This document shows, one piece after another, positions 40,074 through 54,475 of a stretch of 64,000 bases of DNA (the first letter of the stretch is position 1; each line of letters begins with the position of its first letter). Source of the DNA: the human T2T-CHM13v2.0 reference genome, Homo sapiens; assembly GCF_009914755.1 (NCBI RefSeq), contig NC_060934.1, one strand, 5' to 3'. A program made the translations under genes and the position numbers. The notes beneath the pieces were generated by a model. That model had not been told where the DNA came from. It made no database searches and worked only from the letters and a program-made list of their open reading frames with translations.

Positions 40074-42806
40074 AAAAGACCATCCATGAAGAAACAATAA
40101 AGGAACAAAGACCTTGAGAAGGTGGGGAGATGGAATATAAAGTCCAAGTAGTTTGGTATTTGCTGGCTCACAATGTCTTTTTGCTTTTTAACTGGAAAGA
40201 AGTAAAAAGAAGGGTACACATGCAGGACAGATCAGATTGTTTGGTGGGGGAAAGATAAAAGTTCTCATCTGATGGCTGCTACTTTTTCAATGAATACAAA
40301 TCATTTTCTGAAAAAGACGGGATGGGAGCTCTGAAGCCTGTGAAAAACAGTATGGCATTACATTAGAAAAGCATCCCGGTGTGATGGGGAGTGGTTAAGA
40401 AAAATGAAAGGTTCCATTTTAGACAGGCTAAATGCCCAACAGATATCCAAACTCTCCAAATACACAAAAGCCTGTAATGAGCACAAAAGCAACAATATTG
40501 TAATTAATCTTTGATTATGCTGCACAAAGCACAGTGTAACCTATATTAGGTACTCAAGAGGGAATGAACAAGGGAATGAAGATTTTTTTTTTACATATTT
40601 TCACAGCACATTTAATATCATCTGTCATATTCTACAACGGAATTGCAGAAAACATGCTTTTCAGAAATAATATATTTTCCTTTTTTCTCATTTTTAGTTC
40701 TCAGTGTTCTTGGAAGAAAATCAGTCTGTGTCTTCCAATTTTATCAATTCTTCATTTTCTCTAAAGAAATGATATGCTGATCTTCTAAAATAATTTTTAA
40801 GCAGAATTCACCAATGGGGCAATTCTCATAGGTAAAAGGAGAATCTATATGCCTATGTTACCACAATTTGTGACAATCATAAGAATACAGTTAACAACAA
40901 AATCTTAAGCTCTTGCCAAGAAGGATTAATGTCTTCTCAGTATTCAGGACATGCCTGCCGATGCTAAGTCACACATGCACGCTGAGTGGAGAATGCCTTT
41001 AGCTCATGTATAGGAATCACAAGGTGATCTCAGCCAAACCTCAATGTAGCCCAGAAGAGGAGAAACACTGGCTGTCTTAGGAGACAAATTAGCACAAGGT
41101 ACTATTTATGTATCATTTATCAACTGTGAAATTTTAAAAAATGGTTATAAATACAGTACTTGCAGCATAAACCGTTATTTGTTTTATTACACTAAGTTCC
41201 ATTTAAAAGGACTCCATTCATGCAGGATGCTCTGTTTTGGTTGGCTGAGCAGTCAGATTTCTGTGCTTATAATTCATGTATACACTTACTATGTGTATTG
41301 AGTGCACTCTCCTAATTCCAGTTGCCACAGTCAGACTGTAAATACATATGTTTTGTCATTCTTAACTACTGTAATTCAGAACTTCAGCTGCCAAATTTGG
41401 TGCTAATATTCTCACATATGCAGTTCATGCTCTGCTCTTAAGTAATTCCTTGTTTGCTGTCAGCAGCTTCTACCATGATATATAAAATGGTAGAATCAAT
41501 TTAAAGAAAAATAACCTAAATTGTTAGCTAAATGGAGCTACAATGTGTTTTTCTTCTTGAAAATATTCCCTTTTCTATTATTTCCTTTATTTAGTAATTA
41601 TAAACCCTGGTCAAGCAAAAAATACATACAGCAGAACATTTTAAGTACCAGCAAACCACAAACAGCAGTGTTTTCAAGAAGAAAAAAAGGAAAATCTCAG
41701 TTTCATGCTAGACCATCCTTTGAGGCACTGTCATTTTAAGTGTGGAGGCATCAATTATTTCCCCTAGGCTGAAAGATCTACACATATAAAGGTTCTATAG
41801 ATCCACTAAGAAAATAAGCAACCATTTCTCTGTATCATTAAACACAACAGGATACTAGTCTTGAAACACCGGCAAAATTCTGAGTGTGAATATTAAGGTC
41901 TCATATTTCAGTTTCAAGTGAAATAGAGTTGTTTTAGGCCAAAGAGGATTGAGACCATACTTCAAGTTGTCAACTGCATAATATTTCAAGGGTCAAAGAC
42001 TAGCTCCATTTCAAAAGCCTGTAACCTTACAGCCTGAAGAAACCCTGTGGGTCTCCTAGTTCAATATGACACCCAAGGCAGGAATTTTTCCCCTAGCATC
42101 CCTGACAGATGGTCAGCCTCTGTTTCAATTACTCCAGTGGGGGAGTTCTCAAGAGAAGGTTCCCAAGGGCTATGATGAAAGGCTAGAACCAGCCATTCAG
42201 ACCTGGAGGAAGGCTCCAGTCAGCAAGCTCGCAAGATACAGACAGCATTACCAAACATTGAAACCAGACTTCCACAAGCAAGAATGCGATTCCGAACTGA
42301 CCATCATAAAGATGCAATGTGTAAGACATACAAACCCCAATTCTAGAACCATCCAAGGTCCTTTTACTGGCCTAGGGAGTAGCTCCCACAATGGGGTAAG
42401 CAAGGTGGCTTTTCTCCGACTTATTATTATTATTTTTTAATGACTCTTTAAGGCTCACAGCAAGGCTTGATCAAGTCAGGGAGCACCAAATCCCTTCCTT
42501 CCAAAAACCAAGGCAAGGGACCCGCTGGTGGAAATGCTAAGGCTTAAAATACTCTTAACTTTGGTCTTAAATTCGTCACTACAGTAAACCAGAACATTTC
42601 CGGTTTTTCTTTTAAAGATGTACATAGGCTATGCCGTAACCGAAGTTTGGTTGGTGTAGGGTGGATTGGGGGGAGCGGTGTTTTAAGCGCAGCCCTTCAT
42701 CCCGCCTTGAAGTCTAGCTTGATCCTCCCAGGAAAGGCGAGCGCGCGGGGCTGAGCTGCCAGCCGGTCCCCAGCCGGAGCCTGGGACGGGGCGGTCCGGC
42801 CCTTAC

Positions 42807-43345
42807 CTGTCAATGCTGATCACGCACAGGGTCATGATCGAGGCCGTGCAGCACATGACGTCCATGGCGATGAAGACATTACAGAAAAAGTGTCCAAAGA
42901 TCCACTTGCCCCCGATGAGGTCGGTGACGCTGACGAAGGGCATGACCGCCACAGCCACCGAGAGGTCGGCCAGCGCCAGGGACACGATCAGGTAGTTGGA
43001 GGGCTGGCGGAGCTTCTTGACGAAGCACACGGAGATCACCACCAGGCAGTTGCCCGCGATCGTCAGCAGCGTGATGAGCGTCAGGATGGAGCCGATCACA
43101 ACTTTCTCGACTCTGCCGTAGTTGATCTGTTCCCCACAGCCGGAGGCATTGTCCGGGGGCGCGTCCCAGGTGGGCGCCGGGCTGGCTGTCACCTCGCTCA
43201 GCAGGTGCGGCGCCCAGGAGCCCGCGACCGGGTCGGCGCCACCGTCGGGGCTCAAGTCGGGCAGCCCGCGCCCCACTTCTGGCAGAAGGAAAGAGCGGAG
43301 GTGCCCGTAGAGGTCCGGGCGGCCGCTGCTGTTAACGTCCATCAT
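42807..43345 (-). CDS. HTR7: 5-hydroxytryptamine receptor 7, coding exon 1 (539 nt; N-terminus to the end of TM3). Downstream exons are outside the window.
   Basis: MMDVNSSGRPDLYGHLRSFLLPEVGRG...IAGNCLVVISV (TM1) ...SLALADLSV (TM2) ...AMDVMCCTASIMTLCVISID(R) (aminergic TM3). Donor CAG|GTAAGG at 42807/42806 splits the DRY arginine codon. Confidence 0.98.
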
Positions 43346-43729
43346 CGCGCCGCCGTGTGCCGCTGCCCATGGAGCCGGCGCCCCGGCCACGCGCCTCCGG
43401 CTGCCGGCCCCGGGGCTTCACCTCACCGGTTCCGCTCCGCCCGGCCCAGCCATGGGGCCCGCGCCGACCGCTGGGGGGCGCCTGGCTCTGTCTCGGAGCC
43501 CCGCACTCCCCGGACCCCCGGCCGCTGCGGGTAACGCGGCAGCGCGGCCTCACGGGGACTCCCTGCGGGAGGCGCTTCGGCCCCCGACGGACGCCTGGGA
43601 CGCGCGGAGTCGAGGGAGCTCGGGCTGGGCTCCGCTGGCAGCTCCACAGTTCGCAGCAGCAGCTCGGCTGCGCCGAGAGCGCCCGGGCGGCAGCGGCAGA
43701 AGTTGCGGAGTGCGCCCCGCCCCTCGCGC

Positions 43730-43760
<31 letters not shown>

Positions 43761-43798
43761 TCCCCTGCGGCAGCCGCGCCGCGTCCCCGCCGCCGCCG
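43730..43798. repeat. (CCG)10 at 43730-43759 and (CCG)4 at 43787-43798
   Basis: Counted directly from the sequence. Confidence 0.95.
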
Positions 43799-45164
43799 CC
43801 TCCGGCCGCTGCCCGCTCCCTCGCGCTCCTGGGACGGGATACCCGGGCTGGGCAGGCACCGCCGCCTCTCCCGCGCCTCCCTACTGTGAGGGGGCGGCGC
43901 TGCACGCGCCTCCCGGGATCCCGGGTCCCCTCGCCCGGGAAGCTGTCCTTGCCGCATGATAGATACTTAGAACCCCTCCAGCCGACCCCAGCCTCCGCAC
44001 ACTAGTCAGCCACAGTTCAGTGGGGGCATTTTTCTTTTGTTAAGAGGCCTAATGAGCCAGCGGATGTTTGGGCTCATTGCGAAATGAAGAACCTAGAGGG
44101 GGATTTTATTTTTCTTAATTAAACAACAACCAAAAAAACGTCTCTGAGCACTACACTAAGCAACAAATAGGTACTTCCGTTTTCTATTTTGACCGCTTAT
44201 GGGAAGAAGCGAAGATGGAAAAGAAGCAGCCGAATGGGGTGAGGGTGGGAGCTCCGAGAAGAGGAAGAAAGAAAAAAAGGAGGGAGGGGGATTCCTTAAG
44301 CCCCTGGCACCCAGGAGATGAGGATGCTCTGGGGACAAGGCCTCCAAGGGGGTTACACCCATTTGGACTAATCCTTCCTGGATGTCTAGAAACAGTCCTC
44401 TCCGCTCTGAAAATAGACCCTGATTGCCTTTATATTTAGACTTCAAAGCCTAATATATTGAAAAGAGAGTTAATTTTCCCGTAGCATTCTGGAAGTCTTA
44501 CACATAAGCAAAGAAATGACCGGTTATACTCTTCTATAAAGGAATCCTGGAGGTGTATGTTGATTTAATACCTATTGGCTAAAATTCCCCTTGGTATCCA
44601 AACCCTGTCAGAGCGGCTGATTTTTATTATTTGTGAGACTTGCTTCATTCCATTTTGTTTGAAGGTTTCATTGGAAGCCAGCAGTGATTTCTGTAGTTTA
44701 AGACTCTAAAAATAATCAAATCTGTTTTTTCTTGTTAGGCCCTAGCGGATTATAAATAAGAAGAAAAGGAATAAAAACCTCAAAGTATATTGATCAGAGT
44801 GCTGAATAGTACTTTCATTCTTCAAGGTGGGTATTAGCTCTGTTTTTCCAGATAGGGAAGGTTGTTAGCTCTTGCAATCAGCTGGTAAGGAATAGTTATG
44901 TTTCAAACCCAAGTTTATCTGATTACTATGCCCATATTCTTCCCTGTACACATTCAGAAAAAGTTTTAATGGAAAAAAAAAAAGCCCTAATGTTCACAGC
45001 TCTTTTGCTGTGATCAACATTTCAGAGGCTCCTCTCTGCCTAGGATAAGCAAACCAATCCATTGAGTCAGAGGAAGAGTTGAATATAATACCTAGGCCAC
45101 AAAGCAATATTATCTAACAGTTAAGATGGATGAGGAAATTTCTTCAACCTTACTTATGTTAGTT

Positions 45165-45468
45165 ATTCTCTGTTTCGCTTTTCTTGGTTTGTTATCTGTG
45201 GTGAACCACGGTCCGAAAATATTAAATGGAAATTTTCAGAAATAAACAATGTGTAAGTTGTCAATTGCACACTATTCTGAGTAGCGTGATGAAATCTCTA
45301 TCTTACCCAGGATATGAATCATCCCTTGTCCAACATATCCACACTGTATATGCCATCCACCATTAGTCACTTAGTAGCCCTCTCTCTTACCAGATCAAAA
45401 AAAAAAACATAGTATATATACGATTGGGTACTATCCGGGGTTTTAGGCATCCACTGGGGATCTTGGGA
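45165..45468. mobile_element. Tigger2/MER8-like DNA transposon fragment
   Basis: CCACGGTCCGAAAATATTAAATGGAAATTTTCAGAAATAAACA...GGTACTATCCGGGGTTTTAGGCATCCACTGGGGATCTTGG. Confidence 0.75.
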
Positions 45469-45994
45469 GAGAGGAAATCTCAGACAAAAGACAAATAGTT
45501 TGTTGCTGGAATGCATCTAAGAAACCATTTGTTCACCCTTCAGTGCAGAGGAGGAAATAGAGGCTGGGAGAAATTTTATAACTTATCCAAGATCATATGT
45601 GACTGCATTGAAATGTCTCCATTTTTTTATTTTGAGGTTTGGAATTGTCTTAAGGTCTTTTAAAAATTCCTTCATGTAGTATATTCCCCAAGATACTTTT
45701 GATATTTTTTTCATTTTAACTTTTCAACTCATTTTAACTTATTTTGACTTTTGTATTCTTCCCCTTGAATACCCTAATCAGTTCAGCTTATATATTCTGT
45801 CTTGGCTCTGTCAAATAATATTCCAGAGTAATTACACACAGATTTTGAAAATTAATCATTTTATTTGTATTTAAACCTCTAGTCAATATGATTTACCACC
45901 TACACTCTTACAGCCCTCACGTAGCCCATTTATATTTCACAACAGCTTCTAGTTTTTGCTTTTGTCTTGTTTTAGTCCCTTTGGGATGCCATAA

Positions 45995-46486
<492 letters not shown>

Positions 46487-46507
46487 TGACTTAATCATCT
46501 CCCTCTC

Positions 46508-46720
46508 CCATCTGACAAAGTCCTAATGTTCAGAATCTATAACTTAAATGAAGGAACAAGCAAGAAACAAATAACCCCATTAAAAAGTGGGCAAAGGACA
46601 TGAACAGACACTTCTCGACAGAAGACATACAGGTGGCCAGCAAACATGAAAAAATGCTCATCATCCCTAACCATCAGAGAAAATGCAAATCAAAACCACA
46701 ATGAGATACTCTCTCACACC
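46508..46720 (+). mobile_element. Internal L1 ORF2 C-terminal fragment without poly(A)
   Basis: AACCCCATTAAAAAGTGGGCAAAGGACATGAACAGACACTTCTC...ATGCAAATCAAAACCACAATGAGATAC. Confidence 0.88.
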
Positions 46721-49099
46721 TAATGCCACCACAATGGGGAGCAGGATTTCAACATACCAATTTTTTGGAGGAAACAAATGTTTATTCCATAACAACTTTT
46801 AAATTGTGTGACATATAAATACAGCAAATAATCATTAAAATACTATTTTTTAAATTACTACCTCCTTCATTGTCAATATAGCATCAAGTCCAAGCTCCCT
46901 TTTTTATAGAACAGTCACCTCTGTTATATTATCCCTAGTGATGGCTGAGTGTATTTCCTAAGAGTTGCTAGGTTTCTAATTTATAAGCTGTCACAATGCA
47001 TAAACATAGTTATTGAAAATCTCGGCTTCTGCAGCATTACTTTGCTTATGTTGAGTTTAAATTTCATCTATCATTGTGTTATTCCAAAATCCTGACAGAG
47101 CAATCTGGAATTCTTTCAGTTTCCCTTTAACCTTCACTAACAAATAATTGTGTCCTCATAAAAATGCCAAAATCTAGTGTATACTTTTCTGTAATTTTCT
47201 CACAAAGAAATGCCAAAGATATAGCTTCACAAAATATTCATAAAATATCTAAATATTCATCTAAATTTGTTGTTTGTTCTGCCCTTAGTTTTCTGGTGTT
47301 TAAAAGCCATATCAAGGTGTTGCTTCCTTCTTCCCTCCCGCTGCCCACCCACTCTTCAACAGTTATACCAGAGACAGTAAGTAAAGTGTTGGCATCTAAA
47401 TCAAATCATGTCTTTATTTTCTGTCCCTTTTATTCCTAGCATTTAAAAAAATTACTGCTTTTAAAAGTACTAATTCTTATCTAGACTCTCATTGCCTACA
47501 ATAGCATTCTCATAAGATTGTCAGTGAGGGCACCTGAGAATACAGCTTTCTGAGGTTTCCAACTGGCAATCTGGCAATCTCCTGCTCTAAGAACTGCTCT
47601 CGGAGAGTGCAGAAGAGCTGTGGAGTCCTACATCATAGTTACTGTCTTTTTATCAGCCCTTCTTCCCTCTAGGTACTCATCTAGCTCATCTAAATGCATA
47701 TGCGTAATCCCATCTATGAAAACCCACACATATCCCTCCACAGGACATAAGCTTAGGATAGTTTGTTTTCCCATAAACCTTCATACCCTGACAACCTAGA
47801 TGTACTTTAAGAAGCACAAAAAAAGCTTCCTAAGCCATAGGGTTCATTGGCAACTCACTAGTCAGTCAAGCATGCTGATATCATGTCTATCGGGGGTCTG
47901 ATGGCCTCCCATGCCCAGTGCAGCGGACTTCCACAGGGCCACTCTTTCATTTCTCCAAATTTTTCAGTCTCTCACATTTGTACCCCATTTCCTCACTCAA
48001 CTAGACTAATTATCTGGGTGTCCCTTGCCCCCAGAATTGGGTGAGAAAAGACTAGGGAAACTAGAATGCTTAGACAGTGTAGTACTAAGAGTATTGTAAG
48101 TAAATATCCAGATACTACCCTGTGGCCTTTATTGGGGCTACAGATCACTAATACAGAGAACACACATGCTAGAGACAGGGACTCAAATCCATCAACACAG
48201 ACATTTTTGAGGCCCAGTTAGGATAAAAGCAGTTAGTCTGGGACACCTGAATGTCTCCTTCTCAGTGACAGCACCCCTCGCCATAGTTAATTTCATTCTT
48301 TGTAGGCTTTTAAAGCACTTTTAAATTATATTTATTATAGTACTTACTGTTGCATTATGCTTCATATTTCCATGACTGTCTTCCCCATTAGACTGTGAAC
48401 TTATCAAAGGGAGGGATATTTCCTTACTCCTGCCATATACTAGGTGTTCAATAAACATTAGTCAGTTGAACTGAGTGTAGAATAATGCCTATAACCAAGA
48501 ATCATTCATGTTGTAAAGTAATTCTTCAGCCTAAAAGTGAATTGTGTTTTGTTTTAATTTAGACATACTAAAAATAAAAACATTTTTTCTTTGATTCTTT
48601 CCATTTAGAAAATTTTCATTCTCTTTACAAAATAAAGGTAACCTTTAAAAAGTTTCCTCCAAACAAGATAAATGAAAAATCAGACAACAGCTACATCCAA
48701 GAGCCCTTATTTATTTTATTAATCACTCAATTTTTCTTAACCAGGACTGTTTTCGAAATGTATGTGGTGCATGCATACCCCCTAGTGGGGAATCTATTCA
48801 GCAGCACAAATTCCACAGAGACAACTTTCATGGAAAGTTTTTATCAATGAACACATTTGACATTGTCAGCTCCCAATCCTTCCTGAAAGATTTCTAATGA
48901 GAAGAAAATTTAAATTCCTCAATTAAAAAATAGATTAAAGTAGCAATCATTCATTGAGTCAACATTAATTAATGAGTGTCTAATGCAAACCAGATATTGT
49001 TTTAGGAGCTCTGTTTTAAAAGGACACATTAAGTTTAAGATACTATTGGATTATTCAAGTGGAGATGTCAGCTATGCAGATACAATTTCAGGGGAAAAT

Positions 49100-49480
49100 C
49101 TCCCAAGAGGAAAAGTAGTTACAGAAGAGTCCTGAGGATTTAACCGTGGGATGCACCAACATCCTGAGATCTTGGAGAGGAAAAGAAACCAACAAAGACT
49201 GAGAATGAGGGGGCAGTCAGGCAGGAGAAGAACCAAGAGAAATTGGATATTTAAAGTCAAGGAAAGAAAATGTTTCAAGGGGGTAGAAATTGACTGAGTT
49301 AAGTGCAAAGTAAGGCAAGAACTGTTTCAGTGCAATGGTAGGGGTAAAACAGATTGGAATGGATTCGAGAGATCAAAAGACAGAACATGGCAATTCAGAA
49401 GGTGGACAACTTTTGGAGTAGTTTTACTCAAAAGGGCAATCAGTAATTGGGGCAAAATCTAGAGAGATTTGTGGTATTTC
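49100..49480 (-). mobile_element. L2 fragment
   Basis: GGCAGGAGAAGAACCAAGAGA...AAAATGTTTCAAGG...GTTTCAGTGCAATGGTAGGGG. Confidence 0.55.
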
Positions 49481-49659
49481 AAGATAATCAAAATAGAAGT
49501 AAGGCTTTCATTGAAGAAGTGATAGGACACATCTTATTCTACAGTTTCTTTAGAATTTTATGAATCCTTCTATATTCAACAAAATGATATCTTAAAGTAA
49601 AATTACCATCACAGTCATATCCCATTTCTAGGAAAAACTATGCCTAATCCATTATTTTA

Positions 49660-49981
<322 letters not shown>

Positions 49982-51757
49982 TAGTCATTCAATAAGCATG
50001 CCCTAGCTACATATTAATAGGCACTGTGCTAAGTGCTGGGGTCAATAAATAAGGCAGGTTCTCTGCTCTGCAGATGTTCATTGGTAGAAGAGACAGACGA
50101 GTAAATAATTACAGTACAATGTGAAAGTCTCCTAATATAGGTATGAACCAAAGGTATGAGAGCCCAGAGGAAAGAGGTATTAGCCCTGCTTGGAAAGACC
50201 AAAAAATTCACAGAGCTAACATATCAGCTCGAGTAGAAAGTTCATTAGAAGACTGAGGAAAGGAGAATGCAACGCTGACAGGGTCCATAAACACATGGAA
50301 GACTTGCCATAGCTGTGGAAAATGGCAAGGGTAGACCTTTGGGGAAGATCACAAAGAAACCTGTGTGCCATGCAAGGTAGGTATGAGTTTTACTCTGCGC
50401 AAGAAGGGTCACATTATTTTTCTAAAATAAGTTGTTGACTGACACTAATTGTTCAATAACACATTTAAATGTTTTTTCAAATACTTAAAAATCTAAAAAT
50501 GATTCTTAGCTTGCGAGGCATACAAAAACAGGTGGCAAACCGGATTTCACCCATGGACCATAGTTTACTAATCTCCAATTTAGACTAATTACTGGCAAGA
50601 TATTTGTAAAATTCTAGTGTTCCAATATTATCATTTTAAGTTCTCAATACAATGCACTGCTGTTCAAAAACTTCCTTTTGTAATTTTTATTCGCACTAGC
50701 AGTAGCAATTGAAAAAGGCAAATTAAGCAATATTATCATCAAGTCTAAAGGTTTAAATCAGAGTGTCTTTTTTGGATCATAGTCTTCGACTTCACAATTT
50801 GGTGCTGCAATAAAGGGTTAGTCCATAATTTTCATATCTGAAAACCAGTTTCAGTGCAAAAAATGGGCTAGATCATTCCTACCCAGATGAGTTTCCCAAA
50901 GATGTAATTTTGTTATATATGAATAAATCTGCTTATATGATTTTTTTAAGGGGCAGGGGTTATATCATCAACCACAAGAACCAAATCTTTGATTCAGCCA
51001 TCACTGGTGAGCCAAGATGGATATTTTAACCTTGATGACATTAATAAGTAAATTTCTTTCAGCCGCTCAAAATTGAGTTCTCAACATCCACTGTAGCTAT
51101 TTGGAGCATGAACTGTGTGGGCCATGGTTAGTGCCTTAGCTATTATTGGTATGGCTTTTAAATTTAGAGCTCAAAGTGGTTTCTTGTTAATGGTACAATA
51201 AATTGGCTTAAATTCTGTGTCTTGACAAAATCTTGTTACATCGTGCTTATATTTCATAAGTCTGATGGTAACACTGACCCCTACTGGAGTCCCATCCGTA
51301 GCCATGGTTACCAATTCTGAAAAGTGTACTTTAAAATTCTAAAAAAAACAAAAAACAAAAAAAAAAAAAACCTCTTCTCCATACACAAAAATAAGCTACT
51401 TCCTAATGTGCCTTTTTGAAGCGCCATTTCCAAAAAAAATTTTTAGTCATTTCAAAATACTCTCCAACACAAATAGCTTTTAGGTTTCTATACACTTATC
51501 AGCTGCAACGAAAAAATGCCAGAAATAACTTAGGTTTTTTCATATAACTTGTCTTGCAAGCTCTAAGCCATATTTACAACATACTGAGCAGTAAAAGCTA
51601 CAGATATTACATTTGTAAATGTTAGTTTCTGTTTAGGACTTGTGCTTTCTTTTGCCTCCAATAAACTTTCTTTTTAAACTTGCCTTTGATACAAAGTTTT
51701 TGTTGCCTGAGCAATTTTTTTTTCACTTAATATGTAAGCATTTCTAGACAGCATCAC

Positions 51758-52297
51758 TGTGAAAGTTAATTTTATGTTTCAACTTGACTGGGCCATGGGG
51801 TGCACAGATATTTGGTCAAACATTATTCTGGGTGTGTCTGTGAGCATGTTTCTGGAGGAGATTGACATTTGAATAGGTAGACTGAGAAAAGCAGATTGCC
51901 CTCCCTAATGTGGGTGGGCCTCATCCAATCAGTTGAAGGCCTGAACAGAAAGCTGACTATCCCCTGAGAAAGGGAAGATTCCTTTGCCTGACTGCCTTTG
52001 ATCTGGAACATCAGCTTTTCCCTGCCTTTGGACTCAAATTGAAATGTCAGCTCTTTCTTGAGCCAGCCTACCTGGAACTACACCATCAGCAATTCTGGTT
52101 CTCGGGCCTTTAGACTCAGACCGGAATGACACCATCAGCTGCCCTGGATCTCCAGCTTGCTGACTGCAGATCTTAGGACTTGTCAGCCTCCATAATCACT
52201 TGAGCTAATTCCTTAAAATAAATCTCTCTCTCGCTGTCACTCTACACACACACACACAAACACGTTGATTCTTTTTCTCTGGAGAATCCTAATACCA
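51758..52297 (+). mobile_element. MLT2 (HERV-L) solo LTR
   Basis: GTTAATTTTATGTTTCAACTTGACTGGGCC...CCCTAATGTGGGTGGGCCTCATCCAATCAGTTGAAGGCCTGAA...CTCTGGAGAATCCTAATAC. Confidence 0.88.
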
Positions 52298-53775
52298 TCA
52301 TTTATTCTATTTGTTTTTCAAAAATCCTGTTGAAATTTCAGTCCTCTTCTTTACATTTAAGTCTATCATCATGCATCTTTTCCCTATACCAGTCATAATT
52401 CTTCCTTTGATTTCTTTCATAATGGCTCCTTAAATTGTATTTTTTTTAAAAAATCAGGCACACTTTACATCTTAAAGAGGTAGGACTACTCTTTATTTTC
52501 ACAATCAAGCATGTTCTTATGCAAATTTTTGTAAATACAAGCCTACATCTGTCTCATTTTCCAATTTTTAATAGAAACATGAGTGTAAAAAAATTTCACT
52601 TTCATTTACCTGCACTTCAAAAGAAAACTAATATTGCAAGCAGGGGCAGATTACCCCAGCACAGAAAGTGGACAAATTTTTATGATATCAGGTCAGTAAC
52701 AAGAGTTTCTGGGGGAAGGTAAGAAGATGAGGAAGGAATCACTGTGAGCTGTGAGCAGCTCCCTGGATTGGTGATGTCCTATGGAGTGCCACTAGAGTTC
52801 TAGGTTTAGCAATTAACCCCTCTGGTCTGCTTTATGAGGGCTTCTGGGAAAGGCTGGGCAGATGGTTCACTGCACAAACTTCCAGATATGTGATGAATAG
52901 GGCAACTGTAATATCAGCCTGGAGTTAAGGCATCTTCTTTTAGTCTCCCCAAGAGCTCCTATAAGTGTCCCACCATGTGGGACACAGAGGATGGTTCTGT
53001 TTCAGTTGCTGGTGTATCACACTAGTGCACCATGTGCACAGTTCAGTGAATTTCTGGCCAGGTGATTAAATAATACATCCAACAGTGCTACAATTCTGTT
53101 GATATGGGAACAAAGTCAAACAAGAGGCCATGAGTTCATTTATTCAATCAGTTACTTTTGGCTGAGTACCACCTACTTTGTGCCAGCTCTGGATATACCC
53201 TCAACACCCTAGATCTCTGTCTCATGTATGTTCCTCTTCCACTTCCATGTGTCAAAATTTAATTCAAGCATTACTCCCTCAAGGAAACTGCCATTTTTTC
53301 CCTTCAGATCTCCCAAACTTCCCTCTCAATCTGGGAGATAAATCTCTGCTTTGTGCTCCCAATACATCTGGCTAAATCATTTTATAATATGGTTTTCTTG
53401 CCTGGCTCCCCCTCGGCCTTAAGCTGCAAGAGGACAGGGGTTGGGTGGAGCATTTTTCAGTTCACTCAGGAGGGGTGAATGGAATAAACTTAGGATAAGG
53501 CCAAAGACTAATCAAGCACACACCCAAGCCCACACACAGCCCAGAAAAGAGAGCTCTTCTGGGAGGATGAGAAGGGCTCAATGATTGCGTTGGATGTGAA
53601 AAACCATCCTCTTTTTCTAGGCTTCCCGCAGAAGAAGAAATGACTCAAGAGCCATCCTATCTGAGCCCAGGACTTCTCCTTGATATAATGGGAATAACAA
53701 TATCTCTCTCATTGGCTATTGTAAGGATCAAATCAGATAACTGATGTAAAATGCTTATCATAATTATACAGTACT

Positions 53776-54195
<420 letters not shown>

Positions 54196-54289
54196 TTAAA
54201 CAGTACTATTATCTTCCAGTCAGAAATTTCTATGGTCTTCTTCAAGGTGCAGATACTTGTTGCCACAGCCATCCCTTCAGGCCAACTTC

Positions 54290-54475
54290 TGACCCCTCTT
54301 CCCTGTTCATCTCCCCTATTCTGTCTTGTCTTTTTCTTCTCTCCACTTCTCTCTCCCCTCTTCCACTTCTTTCCTTTCCTTCCTTCTCCCTTCCTACTTC
54401 TCCTTTCCTCTACTCTCCTTCTCTCCTCTCTGGTCTCCCTTCTCTTCTTTTCTCTTCTTCTCCTCCTCCCTCCCA
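54290..54475 (+). repeat. Polypyrimidine low-complexity tract
   Basis: About 180 nt of almost pure C/T. Confidence 0.9.

Larger units (their letters stand above)
42690..44000. promoter_or_regulatory. HTR7: CpG island covering the HTR7 promoter, 5'UTR and exon 1
   Basis: Very high GC and CpG density against an AT-rich background; GC boxes such as CCCCGCCCC at ~43715. Confidence 0.93.

Noticed and set aside
42066-42440. 124-aa plus-strand ORF near HTR7 exon 1
   Set aside because: No recognisable homology, splice structure or compositional signal; compatible with chance.
43346-43390. 15-aa N-terminal extension of HTR7 in the ORF track
   Set aside because: It starts at a GTG in weak context (C at -3). 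The recognised protein starts MMDVNSS at 43345.
42890-44005. Long overlapping ORFs of 100-214 aa on both strands in the CpG island
   Set aside because: Expected from stop-codon scarcity in GC-rich DNA and the antisense shadow of the HTR7 CDS. The Ala/Arg/Pro runs come from the CCG repeat, and there is no recognisable domain.
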